Source: Macrostomum hystrix
Taxonomy: Eukaryota > Animalia > Platyhelminthes
Length of the DNA: 64,000 nucleotides
Reading direction: 5' to 3'
NCBI GenBank assembly: GCA_950097015.1
Contig: CATNEN010000038.1
Location: forward strand, 16,740,001-16,804,000
Of this stretch, positions 27,286 through 39,338 are shown piece by piece (the stretch's first letter is position 1; each line of letters starts with the position of its first letter). The translations under genes and the position numbers were made by a program. Under the pieces are notes generated by a model. It saw only the letters and a program-made list of their open reading frames with translations, was not told the origin of the DNA and searched no databases.

Positions 27286-27815
27286 ATTGTACCATGACTA
27301 CGTGGCTATCGGGCGGGCTGATATTCGATTATTGCCATAGACGATGTCATTTTGGCCCGAAAAGTTGGGCTGATAATGGATTATTTTTGTGTATTTTAAC
27401 GTATAGCCACATACTATAAGCCACATAGTCTATGGTACAATCACAGTATTACCCAGGCTTTGCGGGCGATAATAGTATATTATTACCCAGGCTTTCAGGG
27501 CGATAATGGGAAAGCCAGAGGGCGCCGAAGGCGCCCGAGGGATTTCTCATTATCGCCCGCAAAGCCTGGGTAATACTGTGATTGTACCATAGACTATGTG
27601 GCTTATAGTATGTGGCTATACGTTAAAATACACAAAAATAATCCATTATCGGCCCAACTTTTCGGGCCAAAATGACATCGTCTATGGCAATAATCGAATA
27701 TCAGCCCGCCCGATAGCCACGTAGTCATGGTACAATGAGAAATCCCTCGGGCGCCTTCGGCGCCCTCTGGCTTTCCCATTATCGCCCTGAAAGCCTGGGT
27801 AATAATATACTATTA
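27286..27815. mobile_element. Two copies of a ~265-bp non-autonomous hairpin element in the arrangement A-B-A'-B' (one copy inside an inverted copy)
   Basis: 27286-27473 is the reverse complement of 27549-27736 (one mismatch seen). 27470-27551 is the reverse complement of 27734-27815. A GGGCGCCGAAGGCGCCC hairpin is present. Confidence 0.8.
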
Positions 27816-28054
27816 ATATGTAAGCTACGTACGTGTCACGACAAAAAAGTAGATCTAAGTCAAAGTAAAGTAAAAGTAAATCCCAGTCTAGCGGGTTCTA
27901 GTCTTACTCTCGCGCCTAGGTTGGATGTAGCCTTGGAGAGCAATTTAGGCTCATGTCGACCAACCCCAAAGCCATGTACACTCCCTCCTGAGTACAAACC
28001 CCACTTTGCCATCCAAATCTAAGGAACTTCGAGCATGTGACTGGCGCCTTCCCT

Positions 28055-31000
28055 ATGGACACCGCCTTCATCTCCGGCCTGTCCAAATTCCGTCTTGACG
28101 CGGCTCGCATGCGAAAAGATGACGACTTCGCGGACAGAATGTCGCACACTTTCACCACGGCCCTGATTGTACTGTTCTCACTCGTGATCTCCTGCCGGCA
28201 GTACATCGGCAAACCCATCGCCTGCTGGGTGCCCACCGAGTTCACCAGAGCTCAAGAGGAGTACACTGAGAATGTGTGCTGGGTGACCAGCACCTACTAC
28301 ATCAACACCCACGACCCCAGCTTCCCCAAGTTGGACGAGCAGCGATACAGCATGCAGATTGGCTACTACCAATGGGTGCCTCTGGTGCTGCTCATCCAGG
28401 CTTTCCTCTTCAACTTGCCCTGTCTGCTGTGGCGTCTGTTTAACTGGCAGTCAGGAATTCAGGTGAGTTTACTTGGATGAAAAATAGGTGTGAGCTTCCA
28501 TCATAGAAAGGTGTCACGTCCTAGTTCTCTAGCTTTACGAAAACAGGTAAGTAGATCCTAAATACTCGTATACTATAGCAATCATTTCACGGGTGCATAC
28601 TTTGGCATCCGTGACTCAGCGTCGGACTCAGATTTGAAGGTCGGGGGTTCGATTCCCTACTCCACTGGAACAATTTGTGTCCAATAGCAAAAAACTCGAC
28701 TCTGCGTTGCCTCAGTCCACCCAGCTATTAAATGAGTACCAGCATTGTCTATAGTAATTGAGGGTGGGTGTGACGTCCTCCCAGTCCATGGACTGAACAG
28801 CCGTACGCAGCCTTTAGATGCGTCGCGCAATAGCTGCGGCTGTGCTGTCGGCTGCCCATCTGATCCAAATGGGGGCAGGTGTAATCAATTATTATTATTA
28901 TTATTGTCCTTCAGCGAACAGCTCAACAACTCAAAGTCTGTTGATTTTCTCATCGTCAATAAAAAAATATTTTAATGTGCAGCCGACAGCACGGCTGCAG
29001 CTATTGCACGGCGCATCTAAAGGCGGCGTACGGCTGTTCAGTCCATGGACTGGGAGGACGTCACACCCACCCTCAATTACTCTAGACAATGCTGGTACTA
29101 ATTTAATAGCTGGGTGGACTGAGGCAACGCAGAGTTGAGTTTTTTTGCTATTGGACACAAATTGTTCCAGTGGAGTAGGGAATCGAACCCCCGACCTTCA
29201 AGTCGTGAGTTCCAAGCTATAGCCACTTAGGGTACAACCCCCAGACAGTATAACTCTCACTGTATCTTGTGAATACCTGACTGCTTCCGCAAGTTCCAAG
29301 CCTTCTCTTCGCGCCTGTGACCAAAAATAACCCCGGTACATCTGTTTCTGTATTTGACGGATGTTGAAACTACCGTGACTACGGTGGACCAGAAGTCGTC
29401 ATTAATTTTGAATAAGACCTGCACACGATAATTATGATAAAGTAAGATGTAAATTATAATTTTCATTCGCAATCCCACGACGAGTAGTATCATTAAAACT
29501 CCCGCATTGGTTCATTAAAATTGCCACATATTGAAGAAGTTGCTTTCCTCTCGACGTCGGAACAGGACTCGGTGTTCGCAGCTGTTCAAGTCTGTAAGGA
29601 TATATAATTACAGGAACAGGATAAGATTCGGAGTAAGAGAGAGTGAAATTCTTCATCTTTGGAGCCCATCCTCTTGTTAAAGAGCCTGAGGCCAAAGTTC
29701 TTAGGGATGCTTAAAATAGGCCAGCGTGACACTAAACCCGCTTATAAATTCGTGCTATGATTCAGTGCCTTGTAGCAGCATGGTGCTTTCCAATCCTGCA
29801 TTGAATTTGTTCGCAGGCAACAATTTAGTTGGTTCACTGTACATGGCCCTTATTTAAACACGATAACAAGTAAATAAAAATCTTATTTTTTTATAAATGG
29901 GTTCATCTCTTCAACTCAATCTAAATCTAGCCGGATTGATTAATGGGCAGGTGAGAGAGCAACCTGTATCGAGCTCGGATCCACCAACAGAGCATCCCTT
30001 AAGCTGTCCTACCAGAGGAGAAAGCAAGCAAGGTCCAAGGTCCAAGGTCACTTACCAAGATCCCTGAGCTCGAATCCACGGGGAGGCCACGTTTTTTAGT
30101 CCTCAGCAGCTGAGAGAAGGCTTGGTGGCTTGTCGTGCAATTTATCCCCATGACGACCAACCTCAAAGGCACACTGCCCAGATTATTAAAAGTAAGCGTG
30201 CTCAAGGGTCAACCAAATGGACAGAATCACCTCCTCACTCAGTGAGGATTGACGTCTCTTAAAAAGATTTGAGGCGGTACTCATAATACAAGCGTGAGTT
30301 TTCAGAATTTACGTTCAGAAAAGGACCAAATCAGAAAGATATGTGAGCTTTATATCGATTTCAAAAACCGCCCATCACCAGCTTTCAAACATCATGGAGG
30401 TGGCTTGCGACGTGGAGCTGATCAAGGACCCGCTGAGTCGGCAGACCAGTGTGCGCTACGTGGCCAAGCACATCGAAGACTCGCTGGGTCCGCAGCGCGA
30501 GCTCCGGGCCGGCTGTGCCACCAAGCTAAAGCAGTGCGTAGCTAAGAACTGCTGCTTCTTCTGGTTCGGCAAGCGGTACGGCAATTTCCTGGTGTGCCTG
30601 TACCTCATCTGCAAGTCGCTCTACATTTGCAACGTTATTGGCCAGTTTTTTCTTATGAATAAGTAAGTGCTAGCTGTGATTGTCGGAATTGTCTATTTTC
30701 TAGCAAGACAATGACTTCAAGTATTGTTTTTATCGTGCTATTTGGAACAGTGGAAACGTAGAGTGGATATGCAAAACGGAACGGCCCATGGAATTCTATG
30801 GCCAAGCGTTTGAATACGCTAGAAAGTAGGCCATAGACAACTCAATTAAGCCATGCTGTTATGGAACGATGAGAACAAATTGAGTTGTCTATGGCCTACT
30901 TTCTAGCGTGTATAATTCAAACGCTTGGCCATAGAATTCCATGGGCCGTTCCGTTTTGCAGATCGACTGTTCCACATAGCAATACTTAGGACAAAAGCAA

Positions 31001-32260
31001 CGCAATGTACTTTTGTTGTTAAGCGAGTTGTGGAATAATTTGATAATCTTGTTTTTGAAAGTAAGAGAAGGATATCCGAAGTGCGGGAGAATAAGGATTG
31101 GTTCACTCAGGTCAATGTGATCGGATTTGAAAATGAATTTGTGGGTGGTGTGGTGGATATAGGCTAAAGAGTAACCATTATGTAGGAGCATTTTGGTTTA
31201 GAACTTGATTTCAACAGTGGAACCCTGTTCACCAAAGTGTTCCGCAAAAAAACTTTGACCTTTCTCATCCTCAACTTTCATGTCTTGTGCCCCAGACAGT
31301 GGAGAACTGGTCTTATTAGGTGCTTACTTAACAGAGCCTTCACAGTCTGCAACTCGTGGATCAAATCTGACCAAGAAATTAAGTTCAAATCACATTCAAT
31401 AACATCACAGTTCAATTCCAAATCACATTGACCTGAGTGAACCAATCCTTATTCTTCCGTTCTTGGGATATACTTTTCTTACTTAAATTTTTTCAACTTT
31501 TAATCCCGGAAAGGATAATCAGTGACAAAGCTTCGAGTGTTGAACGCACCTCAATCTCACTCTCAGGTACCTGGCCACAAACTACACATTCTATGGCCTG
31601 GAGCTGCTGAGAGACCTTGCAGAGGGCCGCCAGTGGGAAGAGAGCGGCAATTTTCCGCGCATAACAATGTGCGATTTTCACGTGAAACGCATGGGCGCCA
31701 ATCTGCACAGGTACACCGTGCAGTGCGTCCTGCCCATCAATATGTTTAACGAGAAGATCTACATTTTCCTGTGGTTCTGGATGGTTCTAGTGTCTGTAGT
31801 TTCCATCAGCAGCTTCGCCTTCTGGATCTACAAATCAGGATTCCGTAGCAACCGGGCTCATTTCGTTCGGAAATTTTTGAAACTTCGCAGCATTCTGGAG
31901 CCCGGAGATAAAAAGCGTAGCTTCAACTTTGTCGACGACTACCTGAGACCGGACGGCGTGTTCATCCTGCGCCTTGTGGCTCAGAATGCTGGCGAACTTG
32001 TCGCCAGTGAAGTCACGGAGGCATTGTGGCAGATGTACAAGACAAAGGCCCTGCTGTCTGTGGGCCTACCTAATGATCTCACAAAGGACGTCGGTGGCGG
32101 GGGCGCGGGAGGCGGTGGCAACGTTGGAGCCGACCAGGGCAGCATCGCCAGGAAGATGGCGGCCGCTGCCAGACGCCGACTGCCGTCGAACCAGCATCAT
32201 CATCATCAGCACTCGCAGCCGCTCAACGGAAACGACGATGACCCTGGAGAGTTTGTTTGA
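28055..32260 (+). CDS. Innexin (gap-junction protein), about 460 aa; join(28055..28462,30382..30662,31567..32260)
   Basis: Innexin motifs DDFADR, GKPIACWVP, ENVCWV, YYQWVP, FPRITMCDF, QCVLPINMFNEKIYIFLWFW and YLRPDGVFILR. GT-AG introns with consistent phases 0 and 2. Confidence 0.93.
28605..28905 (+). mobile_element. SINE family B (tRNA head plus CORE-like central block)
   Basis: B-box GGTTCGATTCC. The central block in family B copies (e.g. GCAAGACACTTAACTCTGCATTGCTTCAG...AAATGGGTAC) resembles the CORE-SINE domain. (ATT)n tail. Confidence 0.75.
28976..29243 (-). mobile_element. SINE family B, inverted partner of 28605-28905
   Basis: Near-perfect reverse complement of about 28635-28852. Confidence 0.8.
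30736..30981. repeat. Palindromic MITE-like element in innexin-1 intron 2
   Basis: Arms of about 100-110 bp (…GGCCATAGACAACTCAATT / AATTGAGTTGTCTATGGCC…) around a loop of about 30 nt. Confidence 0.85.
30985..31500. mobile_element. Decayed Penelope-like retroelement fragment (RT thumb/linker), with an inverted duplicated segment
   Basis: The + strand gives FTKVFRKKTLTFLILNFHVLCPRQWRTGLIRCLLNRAFTVCNSW, like the PLE VYRKPT...GLI..LL.RA..IC motif. The - strand gives the continuation LLHNGYS...LILPHFG. Confidence 0.7.
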
Positions 32261-33963
32261 CGCGGAGCCGCTCGCTTGTTTCAAGCGCGAAACTCACGAT
32301 TGTTTTCTTTCGCTTCATGTTCGCAGGAGTTGAGGCAGCCAACCCCGCTAATTCTTAGTTAGCAAAAATTGCTGCGACTAGTGACCTATCAATGCAATCT
32401 TCGTTGTGCGGAGTACATGAGGTGAAAGATAATTGATTTAGATTATTTTTTAATACTTCACAATGAAAGCCAATCACAGTCCGACTTACTCGCACGAACA
32501 GCACCAAAAAACTATTCATTTTTATCGTTAGACTAATTACGTCACTTCTACTCGTATCATGATAACGGGATACAAGAATCGCAGTTTAAATGTAAATAGA
32601 GCTTTGCCTGTTGCTGTTACCTATAAAATTCCTTGCTCCAATGAACACACAACATACAACGTACTAATTTAGCATCGCTTCAAAACAGAAAGATAAAATT
32701 TCACCGCTTTTTGTGTCTAGAATTCTAAGTTCTGTCTAAATAAGGTAATTAGATTAAACTACAACGATTAGTTCTCAGTAAGGTCTGCAACACGGGGCCG
32801 TTTGTCTTCTGGTGGACTAAATCAAGTCGTGCTCAATGCTTATGCACCTAGGATAAAGTATAATTGTTTGCAACAGGCACTATGGCATCCAGTGTTTATT
32901 AAAAAAAATGTTTTCCCACACAAAGAGCTGCACGCAACTCTGTTCTCTAAAGGCTCAACTTCAATCCCAAATCCAATCGTCACGCGATGTACAGGCCCAT
33001 GCCCACAGCTCTCCCGACGACCCAGATCCGATTTCAAAGAAAAGAAAAATATGTTATAAAATATAGAAATCACAGTGACAATCCAACAGTAAACGCAGTG
33101 CACCGCTTTGATAATAAACAGGTATTTCAAAGGTAATAGGACATTTTTTATTCACAGCCCCCCTGAAAATCTGATTGATTATTTTCTGATTTTTTTCTTA
33201 GCAAGAAAGCTATTCACCTTTAATGCTTTTCGCTTGACCCACGAGCAGTTTAACATGTCCTTCTATCTCACCAATAATCTTGCACTGAGGTGTGTTTCTG
33301 ATTTTAAACAATGTCACTGATTGATTGATTTTGTTAAAGAATTACAGAATTCTCGAATAAATCGGGACTTTTGAAGAAGTCTTGCGTTTCTGCGATACTT
33401 AAGGCGAAGACGAACTCATGTCACAAGACAGATATTTTACTGTTATCTTTGTTTATCATAACATTTTCGTGTTATTTAGAGTACAAAATTATGCGCCGTT
33501 GTTATAGACTTTTGTTATATTAATCTCTGAGAACGCTTTCGCTGGATGTAGTCCAATTTCTGCTGGTTAAATATAATATCAATATAACAATATCATTATA
33601 CAAAAAAGCTAAACAGTTTGTTAAGTAGTTAGTCAAGAAATGGTCATAAAATTGGCGTTTACTAGAATGATTATTACTCTCATAAGAGTTTTTCTGCTAC
33701 TACTAGTACTATGTACCAAACATGGGCACGCACGATAGCTCCCAAACCGAAAATGGATTTTTGTGAAAGTCCACCTTATGGGTTAAATTTTCCACCTTTT
33801 ACGGTGAACTAACTTTAAAAGCCGTCAGACGCCAGCATCATTGAGATATTCAACGATTCTTGTCGAAGACCCTTGTGACAAGTAGAACTAACATTGCTCT
33901 GCTTAAGCCTCTATGTCGAATCCATATTGGTTTAATAATCTGCACAGTCCATCTGTTTTAAAC

Positions 33964-36305
33964 ACCTTTGTTCTCAGCATCCCAGTCACCAGGGTCCCCT
34001 TTCATCGCCGTCTGGAGCATCGGCGGCGCCCGTAGGGACCTTCAACAAACGCACCCGATCGGCATCTCAAAGACGGATGTGTTCTCAAAGCTGAAATAGA
34101 ATTATCCTCTTCTGCATGCAGTATTCAGTCAGTAGACAATATCAGTGAATGAAGTTAGATTAATCCTCTTCTGTATGCAGTATTCAGTCAGTAGACAATA
34201 TCAGTGAATGAAGTTAGAATAATCCTCTTCTGTATGCAGTATTCAGTCAGTAGACAGTATCAGTGAATGAAGTTAGAATAATCCTCTTCAGTATGCAGTA
34301 TTCAGTCAGTAGACAATATCAGTGAATGAAGTTAGAATAATCCTCTTCTGTATGCAGTATTCAGTCAGTAGACAATATCAGTGAATGAAGTTAGATTAAT
34401 CCTCTTCTGTATGCAGTATTCAGTCAGTAGACAATATCAGTGAATGAAGTTAGATTAATCCTCTTCTGTATGCAGTATTCAGTCAGTAGACAATATCAGT
34501 GAATGAAGTTAGATTAATCCTCTTCTGTATGCAGTATTCAGTCAGTAGACAATATCAGTGAATGAAGTTAGAATAATCCTCTTCAGTATGCAGTATTCAG
34601 TCAGTAGACAATATCAGTGAATGAAGTTAGAATAATCCTCTTCTGCATGCAGTATTCAGTCAGTAGACAATATCAGTGAATGAAGTTAGAATAATCCTCT
34701 TCTGCATGCAGTATTCAGTCAGTAGACAATATCAGTGAATGAAGTTAGAATAATCCTCTTCTGTATGCAGTATTCAGTCAGTAGACAATATCAGTGAATG
34801 AAGTTAGAATAATCCTCTTCTGTATGCAGTATTCAGTCAGTAGACAATATCAGTGAATGAAGTTAGAATAATCCTCTTCTGCATGCAGTATTCAGTCAGT
34901 AGACAATATCAGTGAATGAAGTTAGAATAATCCTCTTCTGTATGCAGTATTCAGTCAGTAGACAATATCAGTGAATGAAGTTAGAATAATCCTCTTCTGC
35001 ATGCAGTATTCAGTCAGTAGACAATATCAGTGAATGAAGTTAGAATAATCCTCTTCTGTATGCAGTATTCAGTCAGTAGACAATATCAGTGAATGAAGTT
35101 AGAATAATCCTCTTCTGCATGCAGTATTCAGTCAGACGACAATATCAGTGAATGAAGTTAGAATAATCCTCTTCTGCATGCAGTATTCAGTCAGTAGACA
35201 ATATCAGTGAATGAAGTTAGAATAATCCTCTTCTGTATGCAGTATTCAGTCAGTAGACAGTATCAGTGAATGAAGTTAGAATAATCCTCTTCTGTATGCA
35301 GTATTCAGTCAGTAGACAATATCAGTGAATGAAGTTAGAATAATCCTCTTCTGTATGCAGTATTCAGTCAGTAGACAATATCAGTGAATGAAGTTAGAAT
35401 AATCCTCTTCTGCATGCAGTATTCAGTCAGACGACAATATCAGTGAATGAAGTTAGAATAATCCTCTTCTGTATGCAGTATTCAGTCAGTAGACAATATC
35501 AGTGAATGAAGTTAGAATAATCCTCTTCTGTATGCAGTATTCAGTCAGTAGACAATATCAGTGAATGAAGTTAGAATAATCCTCTTCTGCATGCAGTATT
35601 CAGTCAGACGACAATATCAGTGAATGAAGTTAGAATAATCCTCTTCTGTATGCAGTATTCAGTCAGTAGACAATATCAGTGAATGAAGTTTGAATAATCC
35701 TCTTCTGTATGCAGTATTCAGTCAGTAGACAATATCAGTGAATGAAGTTAGAATAATCCTCTTCTGCATGCAGTATTCAGTCAGTAGACAGTATCAGTGA
35801 ATGAAGTTAGAATAATCCTCTTCTGCATGCAGTATTCAGTCAGTAGACAGTATCAGTGAATGAAGTTAGAATAATCCTCTTCTGCATGCAGTATTCAGTC
35901 AGTAGACAATATCAGTGAATGAAGTTAGAATAATCCTCTTCTGTATGCAGTATTCAGTCAGTAGACAATATCAGTGAATGAAGTTAGAATAATCCTCTTC
36001 TGCATGCAGTATTCAGTCAGTAGACAGTATCAGTGAATGAAGTTAGAATAATCCTCTTCTGCATGCAGTATTCAGTCAGTAGACAGTATCAGTGAATGAA
36101 GTTAGAATAATCCTCTTCTGCATGCAGTATTCAGTCAGTAGACAATATCAGTGAATGAAGTTAATTACGCGAAATCAGCTTTGGGAACACAGCCGTCCTT
36201 GAGATGCCGACCGGGTGCGTTTGTTGAAGGTCCTGACGGGCGCCGCCGATGCTCCAGACGGCGATGAAAGGGGACCCTGGTGACTGGGATGCTGAGAACA
36301 AAGGT
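33964..36305. mobile_element. Foldback-like structure: ~131-bp inverted repeats (33964-34094 and 36175-36305) enclosing a 59-bp tandem array
   Basis: Arms are about 95% reverse-complementary by eye. No clear TSD. Confidence 0.75.
34097..36163. repeat. 59-bp satellite AATAATCCTCTTCTG(T/C)ATGCAGTATTCAGTCAGTAGACAATATCAGTGAATGAAGTTAG, about 35 copies
   Basis: Period 59 (ATCAGTGAAT at 34141 and 34200), with few variant sites. Confidence 0.97.
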
Positions 36306-36786
36306 CCATATGCCTTTTTGACATATAGTTTGTCAAGCCGACGTTTCCATAATAAAGTCTTTTGAGCAGAAAAATTATGCCTATATTCGTGGATTTTTGC
36401 CACCCGACATCCCGAAGAGAATCGTTGAATATCTCGTATAGATGCCGATGTTGTTTTGAAATTGTTTTATCGCATAGAGCGGAAGATTTCAACCCATGTT
36501 CTGGATTTTCACGGCGATTGGTTGAGTATTTTGGAAAACACAGAAAAAAGAAACAAATGAAATGCCACTGTGGTCTTTCTACTGTCCAGTGACAGAGAGA
36601 CACAATTAACCTGCTCAAAGCCCTTTCAATTAAAGCTAGGCTATCAACAAACGTGGCAACAGATGTCACCAAATAATAATACTAATACCGATTCTCAAAG
36701 CGCAACCGTGATACTCAAGTCAAATAATAATCCTTGCGCATTGGGAGCACAGCTGCAGCACAACAGTGCCTCTTTCTCTCCGCCCA

Positions 36787-38925
36787 ATGAACCGCATAGC
36801 AAATGCAGCACGCAGTTTTCTGCCCGCATTTTTAGCGGGACTGTGTCTGACTGTGGCACTGAATCAGGTGAACTTCTTGACAACTCGCCCCACTGCCGAC
36901 TCGGTGACAGACTCTGCGCTTCAGTCCAACACAGGCTACAATGCGTCGAAGGCTCGAATATTCTGCTGGATCATGGTGCCCTTCATGATGCCACTCATGA
37001 GCATGATGGTCATCAACGACACCTGGGGACCCAGATGCGACGGCTTTGCATTTGTAGCGCCCAAAATAGCAGTCGGTGCTGTGAAACTGTCAGTTATTGG
37101 TGAGCGGCGGTTCGACCATATATGGAACGGCAACTGCACATCTATTAAGATTTAATACTATATACCTTTATCTTCTTACAACTGTACGTATGCTGACTCA
37201 CGCTCTCGTACTTTCGTACTCTCGTACTTTCGTACTCTCGTACTTTCGTACTCTCGTACTTTCGTACTCTCGTACTTTCGTACTCTCGAACTTTCGTACT
37301 CTCGTACTTTCGTACTCTCGTACTTTCGTACTCTCGTACTTTCGTACTCTCGTACTTTCGTACTCTCGTACTTTCGTACTCTCGTACTTTCGTACTCTCG
37401 TACTTTCGTACTCTCGTACTTTCGTACTCTCGTACTTTCGTACTCTCGTACTTTCGTACTCTCGTACTTTCGTACTCTCGTACTTTCGTACTCTCGTACT
37501 TTCGTACTCTCGTACTTTCGTACTCTCGTACTTTCGTACTCTCGTACTTCCATTCTCTCGTTTTTTATGACGTGTCCTATACAACTCGGATTTTCAGATG
37601 TCAACATTATGCTATACGATTTTAGAAGATTTCATCAAGTAGAATGGAAGCGCATCTGGCTCTCTGCCTGGCAACTGCATCGGGATAAGGCTACAGAACA
37701 GTTCGACTATTTCCTACTGCTGCGTACTGGTAACTACCTGATCGTGGAGAACCTGCGTCACTTGCTTCGCAATCGTGACCCCGATCAGCTGTTCATGACA
37801 GGCAGACGAATGCAGCAGAGGCTCAGCTACCAGCACCAGACCGCATCTGATCAGGGCAGCTCTGAAGATGACTACCTTGCCTCTGATGCTGGAATCCTGC
37901 TGTCTAAGGGAGCTTTTGTTGCTATGGTAACTCGTGGTTTTGCCGGTACGAGTTCAAACGAGATCACTCGACGCTACTGTGGCTCTGAGAGCGTTACTTT
38001 ATCATATGATACTCAACTTTGTGAGTTAACTGCAGATTAAAATATGAACTAAATAAAACAAACGGGCACAATGTTCAGCTAGCACAGCCGCATCTACTTC
38101 GTGGCAATCCATAAGAATATGGAAAGCTTTTCAGACCATAGACCCGGGGGAAAAACGACAATTACCCGCGAATTAAGTGCCTTGCTTAACGACACAAAAC
38201 TGTTTTCCTTCGTGTGAGACTCGAACTCATGACTCCCGACTAGGAACTCCCGATTGATGTTGATTGCAAAGATTTGTTAAAAAGTGCAATATATTTTGGC
38301 ACTTTTCAGCCAAGTGTCTGAAAAGCGTCGGTGTCCAGATTGTTGACAGTCGCGACCGGCTGGGCCGAGAACGCTTCCACCCGGTGCATCCCAGCAGCTT
38401 GCTGCAGGACAGCCTCATGCCCGCCTGGCTCAAGCTAAACAGCTACTACAGGCCTGTACGAGCGGTAGGTCAGTTGACTTGTTTTAGTAGAACTCCACCA
38501 TTTATTCCTGAATCTAGAAACTGGAGAGACAACTACACGCCAAAGCCCCATTTTGTGGAGCAGTGTAGGCTGACTGGCTGTCCCGAGAATACACTGAGCA
38601 GATAGGAAATTCTGATGCACTGTAATGCAGAAGTGCACGTTACTTGAGCACAGCTCATTAGCTAAAACAGGTAGACGGTGAGCCGTGGCGGTGAGTAGTC
38701 TCTCCAGTTTCAGACTCAGAGCTCCATGGTTCAACTGTAGAGTTCAGATTTCTTGACGTTCTTGAGCTTCTTGCGAACCGTGGTCACACCCACTCGCTCT
38801 GCCAGTGCATCAGCTGTCCCAGTCCCGAGTCGGTGACGTTCTTCGGAGTGAGTGAGTTCTACAAGTTTGACGCCATGGTCTACGAGGTGGGGCCGTCACT
38901 GGCGGCCTACAAGCAATACGCATGA
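36787..38925 (+). CDS. C1GALT1 (T-synthase, GT31)-like type II membrane protein, about 336 aa, catalytic motifs degenerate; join(36787..37099,37598..38020,38310..38464,38806..38925)
   Basis: N-terminal TM segment, RIFCWIM, TWGPRCD, YLIVENLR, AGILLSK, KCLKSVGV and DSRDRLGRERFHP match the C1GALT1 family. GT-AG introns with phases 1, 1 and 0 give an open frame. Confidence 0.82.
37203..37550. repeat. 16-bp (2 x 8-bp) microsatellite CTCTCGTACTTTCGTA in intron 1 of the C1GALT1-like gene
   Basis: Strict alternation of CTCTCGTA and CTTTCGTA. Confidence 0.95.
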
Positions 38926-39338
38926 CCTTGCAGCAACCTCAAGCTCTGTGAAGCCATAGCAGTTTAACTCACGTGACTATATTAGGCTTAGTAAATACTT
39001 ACAAGCACAATTAGAAGATAAAGAATGTCAAACATACTCCACAAGCACACCTGCAATGACTAATAACATAATTTTTCCTTGGTGACGAAGCAGTTTAAAT
39101 TTAGCAACAATGATTGCTAAACTTTATGTGACGAGTGTCAAAATTGAAACTAATAAAATTGATATCGACTAACAAACTTAAGCATCAAGTTACTATTCAA
39201 GATCTACTTGCTAAAATAGCAACAGTTTTACTTTAAGTGTTAAATTGAATTTTATATCGCCTCCAGACATAACAAATGGACATAACAGCGGACCGCTAGA
39301 GAGAAGTCACTGACTGCATGATGCTTCAAGGGTTACAC

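Noticed and set aside
37097-37607. ORFs of YESTRVRK / SYFRTLVL repeats
   Set aside because: Translation of an intronic 16-bp microsatellite.
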